Source: Gammaproteobacteria bacterium (GTDB lineage: Bacteria; Pseudomonadota; Gammaproteobacteria; DSM-16500). Taken from it: a stretch of DNA of 64,000 bases. Location: contig DATLOT010000026.1 of NCBI GenBank assembly GCA_035536095.1, positions 8,244 through 72,243 on the forward strand. Direction: 5' to 3'. The stretch's first letter is position 1. Every line of letters begins with the position of its first letter. This document shows, one piece after another, positions 33,646-42,749 of this stretch. The position numbers were made by a program, and so were the translations under genes. The notes under the pieces were generated by a model. The model made no database searches, was not told the origin of the DNA, and saw only the letters and a list, made by a program, of their open reading frames with translations.

Positions 33646-33899
33646 GAGCAACGGCGAGCAACGGAGTCAGGCTTGCATAATCAACAACGGGGTCAGGCTT
33701 GCATAATTGTACATTCAATCAACGGGGTCAGGCTTGCATAATTGTACATTTACACTAGCAACGGCAACGGGGTCAGGCTTGCATAATTGTACATTTACAC
33801 TTATTGCAGTAAACGCTTGATAGTATTAAATCTGAAAATACAATTATACAAGCCTGACCCCGTCTCATGACCCCGTCTCACAAGCCTGACCCCGTCTCA
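33646..33899. repeat. MITE/REPIN-like element (family 2) with nested tandem end copies
   Basis: Core 33765-33866 has 25-bp TIRs ACGGGGTCAGGCTTG(C/T)ATAATTGTA; three progressively longer left-end copies precede it and two right-end copies follow. Confidence 0.88.
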
Positions 33900-33970
33900 A
33901 AAAATAGCACCTCCTTTATTGATACTTATAGTCCGTGGTTTTATAAGTATTTGGCGCATATCCTACATTA

Positions 33971-34168
33971 ATGTGCAAAAAACATCCAGCACTTATTAAG
34001 TTGGGCAAAAGAATAAGAGAACTCCGAAAAGAAAAGGGGTTTTCTCAAGAAGACTTTGCCTATGAGGTTGGTTTGGATAGGACTTATATGGGTAGCGTGG
34101 AGAGGGGCGAGCGTAATATTGCAGCTATAAACTTAATTCGTATCGCCAAAACGCTTAAGGTCGAGTAA
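33971..34168 (+). CDS. XRE-family HTH regulator, C-terminally truncated by a 10-bp duplication
   Basis: 'LGKRIRELRKEKGFSQEDFA..GLDRTYMGSVERGERN'; TAAGGTCGAG duplicated at 34156-34175. Confidence 0.85.
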   Translation: MCKKHPALIKLGKRIRELRKEKGFSQEDFAYEVGLDRTYMGSVERGERNIAAINLIRIAKTLKVE

Positions 34169-34275
34169 GGTCGAGGTTGGTGCTCTCTTTCCTTCAATTA
34201 GAGGACTTGATTAGCGCAACTGAGCAGGCAAGTTCACAGTAATTAAAAAAATGTTAGCATCTGTCTGCTCAAAAA

Positions 34276-35871
34276 CTACCCACTTTTGTCGGCAGGTTTA
34301 TATATATGTGCAGCAATTCCCATGCAGTAGATTTCTAGCAACTCATCTCTGCTTTTGTTGTTAAGCTCGTTTATATCGTAATGTGTGCATAGTCGCTTAA
34401 TAAGTTCTTCTTTAGCTAATTTATTGAATCCCTTCATAGCAAAATCAAATGCATCTAATGGGCTTTTTAATCCTCGCGGCACTTCTTGATATTCGCCAAA
34501 AAAAGTATCAGGTGATTTTTCATACGCGCTGATCTCATCATCGGATAATGGAAGATTTACAATAAAACACTTTCCGCTATGGTCTGAGCATATGCCTGTG
34601 GCAGTTTTATTCTTTATGTTAACTACGGCATTTTTTAGCGTAACAATAAAGTTTTTTCCTTCTTGATCGGATAGTTCGTATTTCTCACCATATAGCAATC
34701 GATTGTGCTTAAGTTCAGTCAGTGTTCCGTCAAATGTATCGGGTATCACGGTATGTGCTTCTATTGATTCCCATAATTTATGAATTGGCGCATGTTTTTT
34801 TCTGTCCGCTATAAGTTGAGCTAAAGTTCTTTTTTTGAAACCATAATCATCCATATTAAAACCGTCACTAAAATACAATGGATTCTGAGATGGACCATCT
34901 AGATTGTAATGATATGGGTGGTTAGTTAAAAACACATATGCACTTTTATCCAAGTTAGTCTTTGTGCTCACATTAGAATGTTCAAGTTTTCTAAGTTGTT
35001 TAGCTAGAATCTCCCCACTAAATTTGGCGGCTTCAATAAATGGCAGATTGATATCAACAAATATCACACGCTCATGTTTAGCTTCCTTAGCCAAGGCTTT
35101 ATTAATTGGGCCGCCGATATCAAGCTTTAAATTAGGAGAGCCATCATGGGAAAAACCATCGTTTAACCTATGCCTGTATTTAGCCTCAACTGAAAAACTT
35201 TGGCCAGTTTCAGTGTGAATTGCGATAAATTCACAGTGGGTGCTTTTTTTATCTGATTCATTTTCAAAATTTATTACATAACCAGCTTTTATGAAGATTG
35301 CTGCCACAAATGTTTCATAGTATGCACTAGCAAATTGCTCTTTATTCTTGAGTCGTTTGATTAATAGTTCTAACAGTTCGGCGTTGTGAGAGATTAAATA
35401 TAAATTATACGAAAGCCACATAAAAACAGAAACAGCACCTGTATATGGCGCAGATACTTTTCCTTCAACTTTTTCCAGGGTGGCCCTATATGCCACAAGA
35501 GAATCGTATGCTCTGATAAGCGGATGTTTGAACTCATCTGTATCGCTTCTCTGTTCATCATGCCATTTCTGTCCAAAAAGAGAGAGAAGGTGTGAATATA
35601 AGAAATCGTGGAAAGTCTCCCATTTTCCTGTGTACATTCGATTGCCGACAATTACCACCCGGTGATTTTCAACAGCAGCTGAGATGATTGGCTTGCCCCA
35701 TCCTTGTTGTTTTTTTCTTCGTATTTCTTCTGCTTGTTTACGCTTAATTATTTTTTGAACATTTTTATCTAAAATAATTTTATTCAGATTGCCATGGCAG
35801 CGCTTAAATTTAATGCCGCTGCCACATGGGCAACGCTCATTTCTACCTATTTTTATTCCTTGATATCTCAA
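34276..35871 (-). CDS. SEC-C motif protein with putative PD-(D/E)xK-like nuclease domain
   Basis: 'GRNERCPCGSGIKFKRCHG' SEC-C motif; 'CEFIAIHTETGQSFSVEAK' nuclease-like motif. Confidence 0.7.
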   Translation of the reverse strand: MRYQGIKIGRNERCPCGSGIKFKRCHGNLNKIILDKNVQKIIKRKQAEEIRRKKQQGWGKPIISAAVENHRVVIVGNRMYTGKWETFHDFLYSHLLSLFGQKWHDEQRSDTDEFKHPLIRAYDSLVAYRATLEKVEGKVSAPYTGAVSVFMWLSYNLYLISHNAELLELLIKRLKNKEQFASAYYETFVAAIFIKAGYVINFENESDKKSTHCEFIAIHTETGQSFSVEAKYRHRLNDGFSHDGSPNLKLDIGGPINKALAKEAKHERVIFVDINLPFIEAAKFSGEILAKQLRKLEHSNVSTKTNLDKSAYVFLTNHPYHYNLDGPSQNPLYFSDGFNMDDYGFKKRTLAQLIADRKKHAPIHKLWESIEAHTVIPDTFDGTLTELKHNRLLYGEKYELSDQEGKNFIVTLKNAVVNIKNKTATGICSDHSGKCFIVNLPLSDDEISAYEKSPDTFFGEYQEVPRGLKSPLDAFDFAMKGFNKLAKEELIKRLCTHYDINELNNKSRDELLEIYCMGIAAHIYKPADKSG

Positions 35872-36118
35872 ATTGCGATCTCCCGCAAAATTAAACTGAT
35901 AAGCTTAAAAAGATTAATCGTGTCTTTGCTATACGCCGGAACCGACATTAAGAATGCAGATAAAACTTGATGCTACGATCCATTTTTTTATTGTTATTTT
36001 GCACTAAAGATGGTCGACGATTTTATCGATTGCTTCTACGCAATTTGCTCTATACTCTTCTTTGACCTGCACACGATGCCCATTAACTGATTGCTTTCCT
36101 GCTGCTAGTTTTGAAAAA

Positions 36119-36249
36119 CAACGGGGTCAGGCTTGCATAATTGTACATTTACACTTATTGCAGTAAACGCTTGATAGTATTAAATCTGAAAATACAATTA
36201 TACAAGCCTGACCCCGTCTCAAGCCTGACCCCGTCTTTGACCCCGTCTC
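36119..36249. repeat. MITE/REPIN-like family 2 copy
   Basis: 36119-36220 is identical to 33765-33866; followed by two truncated right-end copies. Confidence 0.9.
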
Positions 36250-36421
36250 CATGCTGCAACCCGGTTGCATGTAATAGTTTACATTTTTGACTAGTGAAAT
36301 ATTCACGTATTAGATATGTCTTGCCAACGCGTCTTCGTCCATAAACAACCAAGAACTCAGCTTCTTGAGAATTATAAATTTTATCAAGGAGCTTTAACTC
36401 TTTTACTCTGCCAATAATCAT
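36250..36421 (-). pseudogene. N-terminal fragment of an archaeal-type (ATPase_2-like) ATPase, interrupted by the family 2 repeat
   Basis: 'MIIGRVKELKLL..LVVYGRRRVGKTYLI' Walker A, then reads into the repeat. Confidence 0.8.
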
Positions 36422-36566
36422 ATCTCATCCTAGCTGGGCCACTTATAGGAATCTTATAAGCGGCCCACTTACTTTATCGAATCCCTCATAGAATTTGATT
36501 CCCCAACTCGCACGTATATAACTATTTGCTTATATTGAAAAATTTATTTTGATACCTCCATCGAAC

Positions 36567-36613
36567 GCTGATTTCTCTAATTGATTTTGATACTAAAAAA
36601 ACCGGGCAGGTCA
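36567..36613 (+). mobile_element. Solo right end of the IS3 element
   Basis: GCTGATTTCTCTAATTGATTTTGATACTAAAAAAACCGGGCAGGTCA matches 25511-25556 with 1 substitution and 1 extra A. Confidence 0.85.
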
Positions 36614-36752
36614 CTTCTCTCCTGCCTTCTTTTTGAACTGTCCGGAAATTCCGGATAGTTGCCTCTTCATCCAAGACACAAGCAATAAAGGGTAAGTAAA
36701 TTAAAATTTAATGCTATACTTAAACGATTACACCAAATAACAGGACGTTATT

Positions 36753-36947
36753 ATGAATAAAAATATTCCCTTAATAACAGCAGGCTTTATTTTTCTCCTA
36801 GTCGCCATCGCCCATATCGTTCGCCTCTATCTGCATATAGAAATAATCGTATCTGGTCACATTCTCCCCTTGAGTGTCAGTATATTTGGGTCCATCCTCT
36901 CATTCATACTGTCTATCTGGATGTTTCTATCGAGCAGGAGAGGATAG
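36753..36947 (+). CDS. Small two-TM membrane protein
   Basis: 64 aa, two hydrophobic segments, GGACG RBS-like site. Confidence 0.65.
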   Translation: MNKNIPLITAGFIFLLVAIAHIVRLYLHIEIIVSGHILPLSVSIFGSILSFILSIWMFLSSRRG

Positions 36948-37093
36948 AACAAAAAATAATCAATTTAATCTCAAGCCACTCGAGAGTTCTCCGAGCTTTC
37001 AAATAACGGTCAATTTATTGAAGCTCTGCCAGGACATTTAAATTACTCACAAGAATACGAAGATCGAAAAGAAATAGTTTTAAGGAGTTACTA

Positions 37094-37831
37094 ATGCAAT
37101 TTATATATCATATTGAAGGTATGCATTGTGAAGCATGCGTTGAAAAAATCAAATCTGCCTTATCTCCTCATTTTATAATCAAAGAAATCACCCTTAGCCC
37201 ACCCATCTTAAAAATTGATACTGATAATCCACCACTACTGAATGATATAAATAATAGGATATCATTGGCAGGTAAATATACCTTGCATCCAACCATGGAA
37301 AGTTCGCCTTCTTCGGCCAGCAATCCACAAATCGGATTTCGTGCTTACTTTCCAATATTTTTAATTGCGGCTTATATTTTTGGAGTAGCTACTATCAATA
37401 ATTTCAATGGTCAAGAAATAAATTGGCAAGGATGGATGAACCACTTCATGGCTGGTTTTTTCTTGGTATTTTCTGCTTTTAAGTTTTTAGACCTTCCTGG
37501 TTTCGCAGACGGCTATGCTACCTACGATATATTAGCACGACGCTGGCACATGTACGGCTACATATATCCTTTTTTAGAGTTAGGTTTAGGTGTTTTGTAT
37601 TTAACACAATGGGCACCAACAGCAACACAGGTCACAACCATTATTATTATGGGATTTTCCAGTATTGGCGTAATAAACAGTTTACTCAAAAAACAAAAAT
37701 TCCAGTGCGCATGTTTAGGCACACTACTTAAAGTTCCTCTCTCGCGCATTACTTTGGTCGAAGATTTAATCATGGTGGCATTAGCAGCATTATCATTAAT
37801 GCTGCATAAAATCATTTACTTCCTGAAATAG
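37094..37831 (+). CDS. HMA domain + MauE/DoxX-like membrane protein
   Basis: 'EGMHCEACV' metal-binding loop; 'FADGYATYDILA', 'YPFLEL', 'CACLGT'. Confidence 0.8.
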   Translation: MQFIYHIEGMHCEACVEKIKSALSPHFIIKEITLSPPILKIDTDNPPLLNDINNRISLAGKYTLHPTMESSPSSASNPQIGFRAYFPIFLIAAYIFGVATINNFNGQEINWQGWMNHFMAGFFLVFSAFKFLDLPGFADGYATYDILARRWHMYGYIYPFLELGLGVLYLTQWAPTATQVTTIIIMGFSSIGVINSLLKKQKFQCACLGTLLKVPLSRITLVEDLIMVALAALSLMLHKIIYFLK

Positions 37832-38867
37832 TGAACAAGCCAATGATACCGACGATGTACACCAGAAGCACCACGATTGAATCAATCCCCAGACAGAATA
37901 GCTGCCGTTTAGGACGAAAGATTAGCCCGTAAATATAAATAGCTGTCAAGAGCGCCCCCAAGCTAGCAAGATAGATATCTGTGCCTTGCGCATAGGGAAG
38001 CACAGATACCCCCGAAAGAAGGGTCGCTAATAAAAAAAGAGTGGGTAGAAAAGCATTGCCACCAAAAATGTCGCTAAACGCAAGCGTGTAATCACCAATT
38101 TTAACTGCAGCCAATCCTGTTGAAACTTCTGGAAGCGCTGTAGCTGCTGCCAATATAGTGGAGCCAAAAAGAACACCGCTCCAACCAGTATTAGCAGCAA
38201 TAGCACTACCACTCTCTTCGAGGACAACACCAGCTGCTAAGGTAGCCAATGATGCAAAAATAAAAACCAGAAGGACACGCATCGTGCTCCACTTTTTTAT
38301 CCTCTCTTGACTACGAGTCTGCTTAGGACGCAAAGTATCAGGGGCATGACCTTTCTCATGCCAAGGGAGACCCTGCCGCGCTTTATTGATCAACCAAAGA
38401 CCGATGAGCCAAGTGGCAACTATCAACAGATCACCAGGGGCAAGCCGCGCAACTAAGATAGCTCGAGGTAGTTCAGCCCCCATGATAGAGATAACGAGAA
38501 CACAAATAACAAGAATCCCTTCAAGCACAAGCTGTAAAGAAGCGGCTTGATAGGTTAATGCGGCTTTTTGACCTAATCCGAAGCCATCCAAAATGACAAG
38601 CACCACTGTTTGGATAGCAATTCCGCCCAGAATATTTCCAATAGCAATACCAATATGATGTGTCAAAGAAGCACTAACAATAATAGCAATTTCAGGAAGA
38701 TTCGTTGCAACAGCAAGAAAAATAAGACCGCCAAGCGCTTCTCCAAAACCAAAACGCCAGTCAATCGTGTCCGTGGCATTGGAAAGCTGTATGCCAGCAA
38801 TCCATACAATCGCTGCCGCTACAATAAAGATAGGAATTAATAGCGTCAAAGCCAATGATGCAAACAT
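37812..38867 (-). CDS. Sodium/calcium exchanger family (CaCA) antiporter
   Basis: Two alpha repeats 'LAVATNLPEI' and 'AATALPEVS..GGNAF'. Confidence 0.88.
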   Translation of the reverse strand: MFASLALTLLIPIFIVAAAIVWIAGIQLSNATDTIDWRFGFGEALGGLIFLAVATNLPEIAIIVSASLTHHIGIAIGNILGGIAIQTVVLVILDGFGLGQKAALTYQAASLQLVLEGILVICVLVISIMGAELPRAILVARLAPGDLLIVATWLIGLWLINKARQGLPWHEKGHAPDTLRPKQTRSQERIKKWSTMRVLLVFIFASLATLAAGVVLEESGSAIAANTGWSGVLFGSTILAAATALPEVSTGLAAVKIGDYTLAFSDIFGGNAFLPTLFLLATLLSGVSVLPYAQGTDIYLASLGALLTAIYIYGLIFRPKRQLFCLGIDSIVVLLVYIVGIIGLFTISGSK

Positions 38868-39070
38868 AGTTTCGCCCTTTTGCTATGCACTTTATCAGAG
38901 TATATCTCAAATATCTTACTGTCATCTATTGCAATATTGGCCTTATTTATATTGTAAATAAGGTTTTTTTTATTTACACTACATCCTATGATGCCAGATA
39001 GATACCCAACATCCAATATCTTTTAGGAGCATTATTGGGGGCACTAGCGACTAATGAGAAAGGACTGAAA

Positions 39071-40441
39071 GTGTACCCAATTTCCTTACATATCTTTAGA
39101 AGAGATTTTCGTTTACATGATAATAGCGCTTTGATTGAAGCGCTTAAATCCTCAAAACTGGTTATTCCTTGTTTTATTTTTGATGAACGGCAAATAGGTA
39201 ATAATAGTTATAGAAGTGATAATTCTATTCAATTTATGACTAATTCATTAAAGGAATTAGATGTTGAGTTAAGGAAAAAAAAGAGCAGACTTTATTTTTT
39301 CTATGGTATAGCAGAAAATATTGTTAAGCAATTACTTAATAAGATAGATATAAAGGCTGTTTATATTAATCGCGATTATACCCCATTTAGTAAGGCGCGT
39401 GATAAAGAAATTGAAAATATATGCCGTAGTTTGCAAGTTGATTTTCACTGCTACGCAGATGCATTGCTTCATGAACCAGAAGAGCTTGTGAAGCCGGATA
39501 ATCAACCTTATACAATTTTCACTCCTTTTTGTAAAAAAGCACTTCAATTACAGGTGTCATCCTCAAAAAAAAATTCACACAATAATTACTATCAACAGGA
39601 TATTCCATTTGAAAATAGAGAACCATTTGAAAAATTATTAAAAGTAAATAATCCCCATATTTCTGTAAAAGGTGGCAGAGCCGAAGCATTAGCATTGTTA
39701 AAAAAAGTAAAAAATTTATCAAACTATGAAATCATACGTAATTATCCAGCAATGAATGGAACAACTCAGCTATCTGCGCACAATAAATTTGGAACAATTT
39801 CTATTCGCGAGTTTTATGAAGAAGTGGTAAGAAATTTTGGAACCAATCATTCTCTTATTAATGAATTATACTGGAGAGATTTTTTTACACATATTATTTT
39901 TAATTACCCGCATGCATTAGAAGGTCCCTTTAAAAAACAATATTCTAATATCACTTGGAGTAAAAATGAAAAATATTTCATGAGGTGGCGTGAGGGCAAC
40001 ACAGGTTTTCCTATTGTCGATGCCGGAATGAGAGAATTAAATACTACAGGTTTCATGCATAATCGAGCACGAATGATTACAGCTTCTTTTTTAATAAAAA
40101 ATTTGCATATTGATTGGCGCCTAGGTGAGAAATATTTCGCACAAAAACTGGTGGATTATGATCCTGCTGTAAATAATGGAAATTGGCAATGGGTTGCTTC
40201 AACAGGATGCGACGCTCAACCTTATTTTCGAATTTTTAACCCTTGGTTACAACAGAAAAAATTTGATCCTGACTGCACTTATATCAAAAAATGGGTTCCA
40301 GAACTCAATAGCCTTTCTGCCAGACAGATTCACTTATCTAATGAAATAAAAGAAAATTACCCATATCCGATGATTGATCATCAGATTGAGAGTCAAAAAG
40401 CTAAAGCAATGTATAAAAGAGGGATTAAAATACAGAACTAA
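39071..40441 (+). CDS. phrB: Class I deoxyribodipyrimidine photolyase
   Basis: 'FRRDFRLHDN', 'ELYWRDFF', 'TGFPIVDAGMREL..TGFMHNRARM', 'DYDPAVNNGNWQW'; likely GTG start at 39071. Confidence 0.92.
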   Translation: MYPISLHIFRRDFRLHDNSALIEALKSSKLVIPCFIFDERQIGNNSYRSDNSIQFMTNSLKELDVELRKKKSRLYFFYGIAENIVKQLLNKIDIKAVYINRDYTPFSKARDKEIENICRSLQVDFHCYADALLHEPEELVKPDNQPYTIFTPFCKKALQLQVSSSKKNSHNNYYQQDIPFENREPFEKLLKVNNPHISVKGGRAEALALLKKVKNLSNYEIIRNYPAMNGTTQLSAHNKFGTISIREFYEEVVRNFGTNHSLINELYWRDFFTHIIFNYPHALEGPFKKQYSNITWSKNEKYFMRWREGNTGFPIVDAGMRELNTTGFMHNRARMITASFLIKNLHIDWRLGEKYFAQKLVDYDPAVNNGNWQWVASTGCDAQPYFRIFNPWLQQKKFDPDCTYIKKWVPELNSLSARQIHLSNEIKENYPYPMIDHQIESQKAKAMYKRGIKIQN

Positions 40442-40480
40442 TTTGGTAAGCACTCCTTAAATTAGTACACCACGTAAGAA

Positions 40481-40598
40481 GAGAATTGGGGTCAGGCTTG
40501 AGAATTGGGGTCAGGCTTGCATAATTGCACAGTTACACTTATTGCATTAAGTGCCTGATAGCATTGGATGTGGAATACAATTATGCAAGCCTGACCCC
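40481..40598. repeat. Diverged family 2 MITE/REPIN copy with 19-bp tandem left end
   Basis: GAGAATTGGGGTCAGGCTT x2, then GCATAATTG...TACAATTATGCAAGCCTGACCCC; interior similar to the 33765 core. Confidence 0.85.
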
Positions 40599-40714
40599 AT
40601 TTACTCAGCTTTTTGAGAATGATAAATCTTATCAAGAAAAAATAACATATGTCTATTCAACGCAAATACGGAATCAATTTCTCTCACGCACCTACGGTGC
40701 TTGACATAGTGGGT

Positions 40715-40763
40715 TGCTTAACAAACCCCCGACTGCGCGCACTGCGTGCGCTTACCGGGGGCT
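40715..40763. repeat. GC-rich palindrome (REP-like hairpin)
   Basis: CCCCCGA-C-T-GCGCGCAC-T-GCGTGCGC-TT-A-CCGGGGG imperfect nested stem; single copy in the window. Confidence 0.45.
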
Positions 40764-40967
40764 ATAAAACTTTCAGCCGTAAACGGCCTGATTGCGTCAT
40801 CATTTTATGCGGCACACATAACACATAGCCACTTTTGAGTTTTTTACGGTAAAAAAGCATATTACTGCATTCGGCGAAACTGAATACCACGGGATGAGCG
40901 AACGCGGTAGCCAATAGCTAAAATCCTATCCAAATTATAGTGCATTAGCGAACGTTGAACCTGTCTT

Positions 40968-42227
40968 TCACCCTCTTGTCGAACTTGTAAGCAATCCTTC
41001 ACGCCAGTAGCGGTTAACTCTGCACTTAAAATCTTGGCCTTCTTGATATGGCTGGTCTGTCTCTTCTGGATTGGCGTAAGATCGAATGATGCGTTTTCCT
41101 GTTTTCATGAAAAACATGCAGGCTTCTCTTTCAGCTTTTTCAATGCTGGGTGTTACTTCTTTTCCTCGTTTCTCCCGCTCGTTTGCAATAGCATATAACG
41201 CACGCTGTAATGTTGTAGTTAACTGGATATATGCTGAGGTGAGATGAGATTTAATATTTTCTAATTCTAATTCTTCTCGTGTATCGGCTAGTTGTTTTCT
41301 TAGTTCTACGACCCTACTCTCTTTCCAAGCGATATCTTCTTGCAATGCAGCGATTCTCAGGAAATGACCTGCCTCTGCCAGATTCTCTATTGTTTTAGTT
41401 AGTTTTGACCTTACTTCTGATACTTCTTTTTTGAGTGCTTCTACCGTTTCGTCAGTTAATGTCTCCGCTAACTCCGTTGCTAAGGAACACGCTTCTTTAG
41501 CGATCATGATTGCTTCGTTAACTTTGATTGAAGCATCTTGCTGTTCTGCTGCGATGATCGCATTGTTTTCTCGGAGAACCGGCATGTCGGGTTCATCTGC
41601 TGCGAGGTCTGCGTGCATCATCGCATCGTTAGCGCTCGACTTTCCTGCCTTACCAGATAACAACCCAGCTTCTTTTGCTTTAATTTCTTTTATTAATTTA
41701 TTCCCATCTTCTGATAGTTGACGTGCCGCATTATCCACTCTTTTATATTCCGTTGACAGGTGTTCGTATGCTGGTGTTCCTTTCTCTTCTTTTTTTGCCG
41801 CTATTTCTATTTTTGCTAATTCTCTTTTCGCAGAGGAGAATGCTATTACTTTGTATGCAGATTCTCTTTTCATATAAGAAACACAAATTTCTTCATGCGC
41901 TTTTGTTAGCGCAATTTTCCATTCGTTTAATTCATGCATTGCTTTTATATCATGGGGATTTGTTTTTATCTTGGTTTGGTATTTTGCTATTTGCAGTAAT
42001 GCATAGGTAGCTGCTATTCTTTTTTTACTATATTCTCGCTCTATCAGTATTATTTTTAAATTACCTTTTACTATTTCTAATATTTCCTGGATGATGACGG
42101 GACTTTGTTGTGGGTTTGTTGCTGCCGATGTGCGCGTGACTGCTATTGCAGCTGTTGCTGCATTGAGTATTTCTCTCTGTTCTACTGTTTTTGCAATATG
42201 ACTTGGAAATTCTCTATTTCGTGCCAT
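40968..42227 (-). CDS. Hypothetical coiled-coil protein, candidate T4SS effector
   Basis: 419-aa ORF with RBS (GAGGA), helical heptad-rich sequence, PmrA-like box upstream. Confidence 0.65.
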   Translation of the reverse strand: MARNREFPSHIAKTVEQREILNAATAAIAVTRTSAATNPQQSPVIIQEILEIVKGNLKIILIEREYSKKRIAATYALLQIAKYQTKIKTNPHDIKAMHELNEWKIALTKAHEEICVSYMKRESAYKVIAFSSAKRELAKIEIAAKKEEKGTPAYEHLSTEYKRVDNAARQLSEDGNKLIKEIKAKEAGLLSGKAGKSSANDAMMHADLAADEPDMPVLRENNAIIAAEQQDASIKVNEAIMIAKEACSLATELAETLTDETVEALKKEVSEVRSKLTKTIENLAEAGHFLRIAALQEDIAWKESRVVELRKQLADTREELELENIKSHLTSAYIQLTTTLQRALYAIANEREKRGKEVTPSIEKAEREACMFFMKTGKRIIRSYANPEETDQPYQEGQDFKCRVNRYWREGLLTSSTRG

Positions 42228-42263
42228 GCTATCCTCGTATTGTATTATAAATTGATTTTTGAC

Positions 42264-42297
42264 AGTATAGTCATGGCAACCTTAAGGAGTCCTTAAT
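42264..42297 (-). promoter_or_regulatory. PmrA-like box plus -10 element
   Basis: Minus strand aTTAAGgac-tc-cTTAAGgtt-8 nt-TATACT. Confidence 0.6.
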
Positions 42298-42505
42298 AAC
42301 CGGCTCATTTCACGACAAAATTTGCATCTATTATAGTCGCCATGCTGTATGAATATACTATTCCTTAAGTTAGCGCCATTATTAAAGCCTAGTGTTGAAA
42401 ACACCATATTTGAAATATCATTATTAATCAATATATTATATAGTTAGTGTGATTAGCGCCGCCAAATCAAAACCCTACGCAGTTGGAGATGGTTGACTCC
42501 GTGCC

Positions 42506-42588
42506 GGTCGCGGCTCGGTTACGCCATCTCCGATTTATTCAACAAAGCCTCCAAGAGAGAAGATGCCCGACAGGGCAGATTAGGGGAC
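42506..42588. repeat. Family 1 partial copy plus linked module (CTCCGATTTATTCAACAAAGCC...GATGCCCGACAGGGCAGAT)
   Basis: Module recurs at 51245-51270, 62941-63000 and ~63252-63294. Confidence 0.75.
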
Positions 42589-42690
42589 ATCTCAATGGTT
42601 GACTGGATTGACCAGTCAAAAAAATAAGAAATCAAGTTATAAAATAAAAACAGGATAGGCGAGCAATGAGCCACCGTTCAACATAGCTCT

Positions 42691-42717
42691 CTGGGCGTTA
42701 AAATCTCGCATTTTGAA
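42691..42717 (+). repeat. Repeat family 3 partial copy
   Basis: CTGGGCGTTAAAATCTCGCATTTTGAA matches the reverse complement of 44768-44794. Confidence 0.7.
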
Positions 42718-42749
42718 TAGGTAAAAAATGTTTTGAAGCTTTTAATCCT

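Noticed and set aside
33646-33899. CRISPR array
   Set aside because: Repeat lengths vary, 'spacers' are 3-8 nt, units end in an inverted copy, and there are no cas genes; it fits a MITE/REPIN
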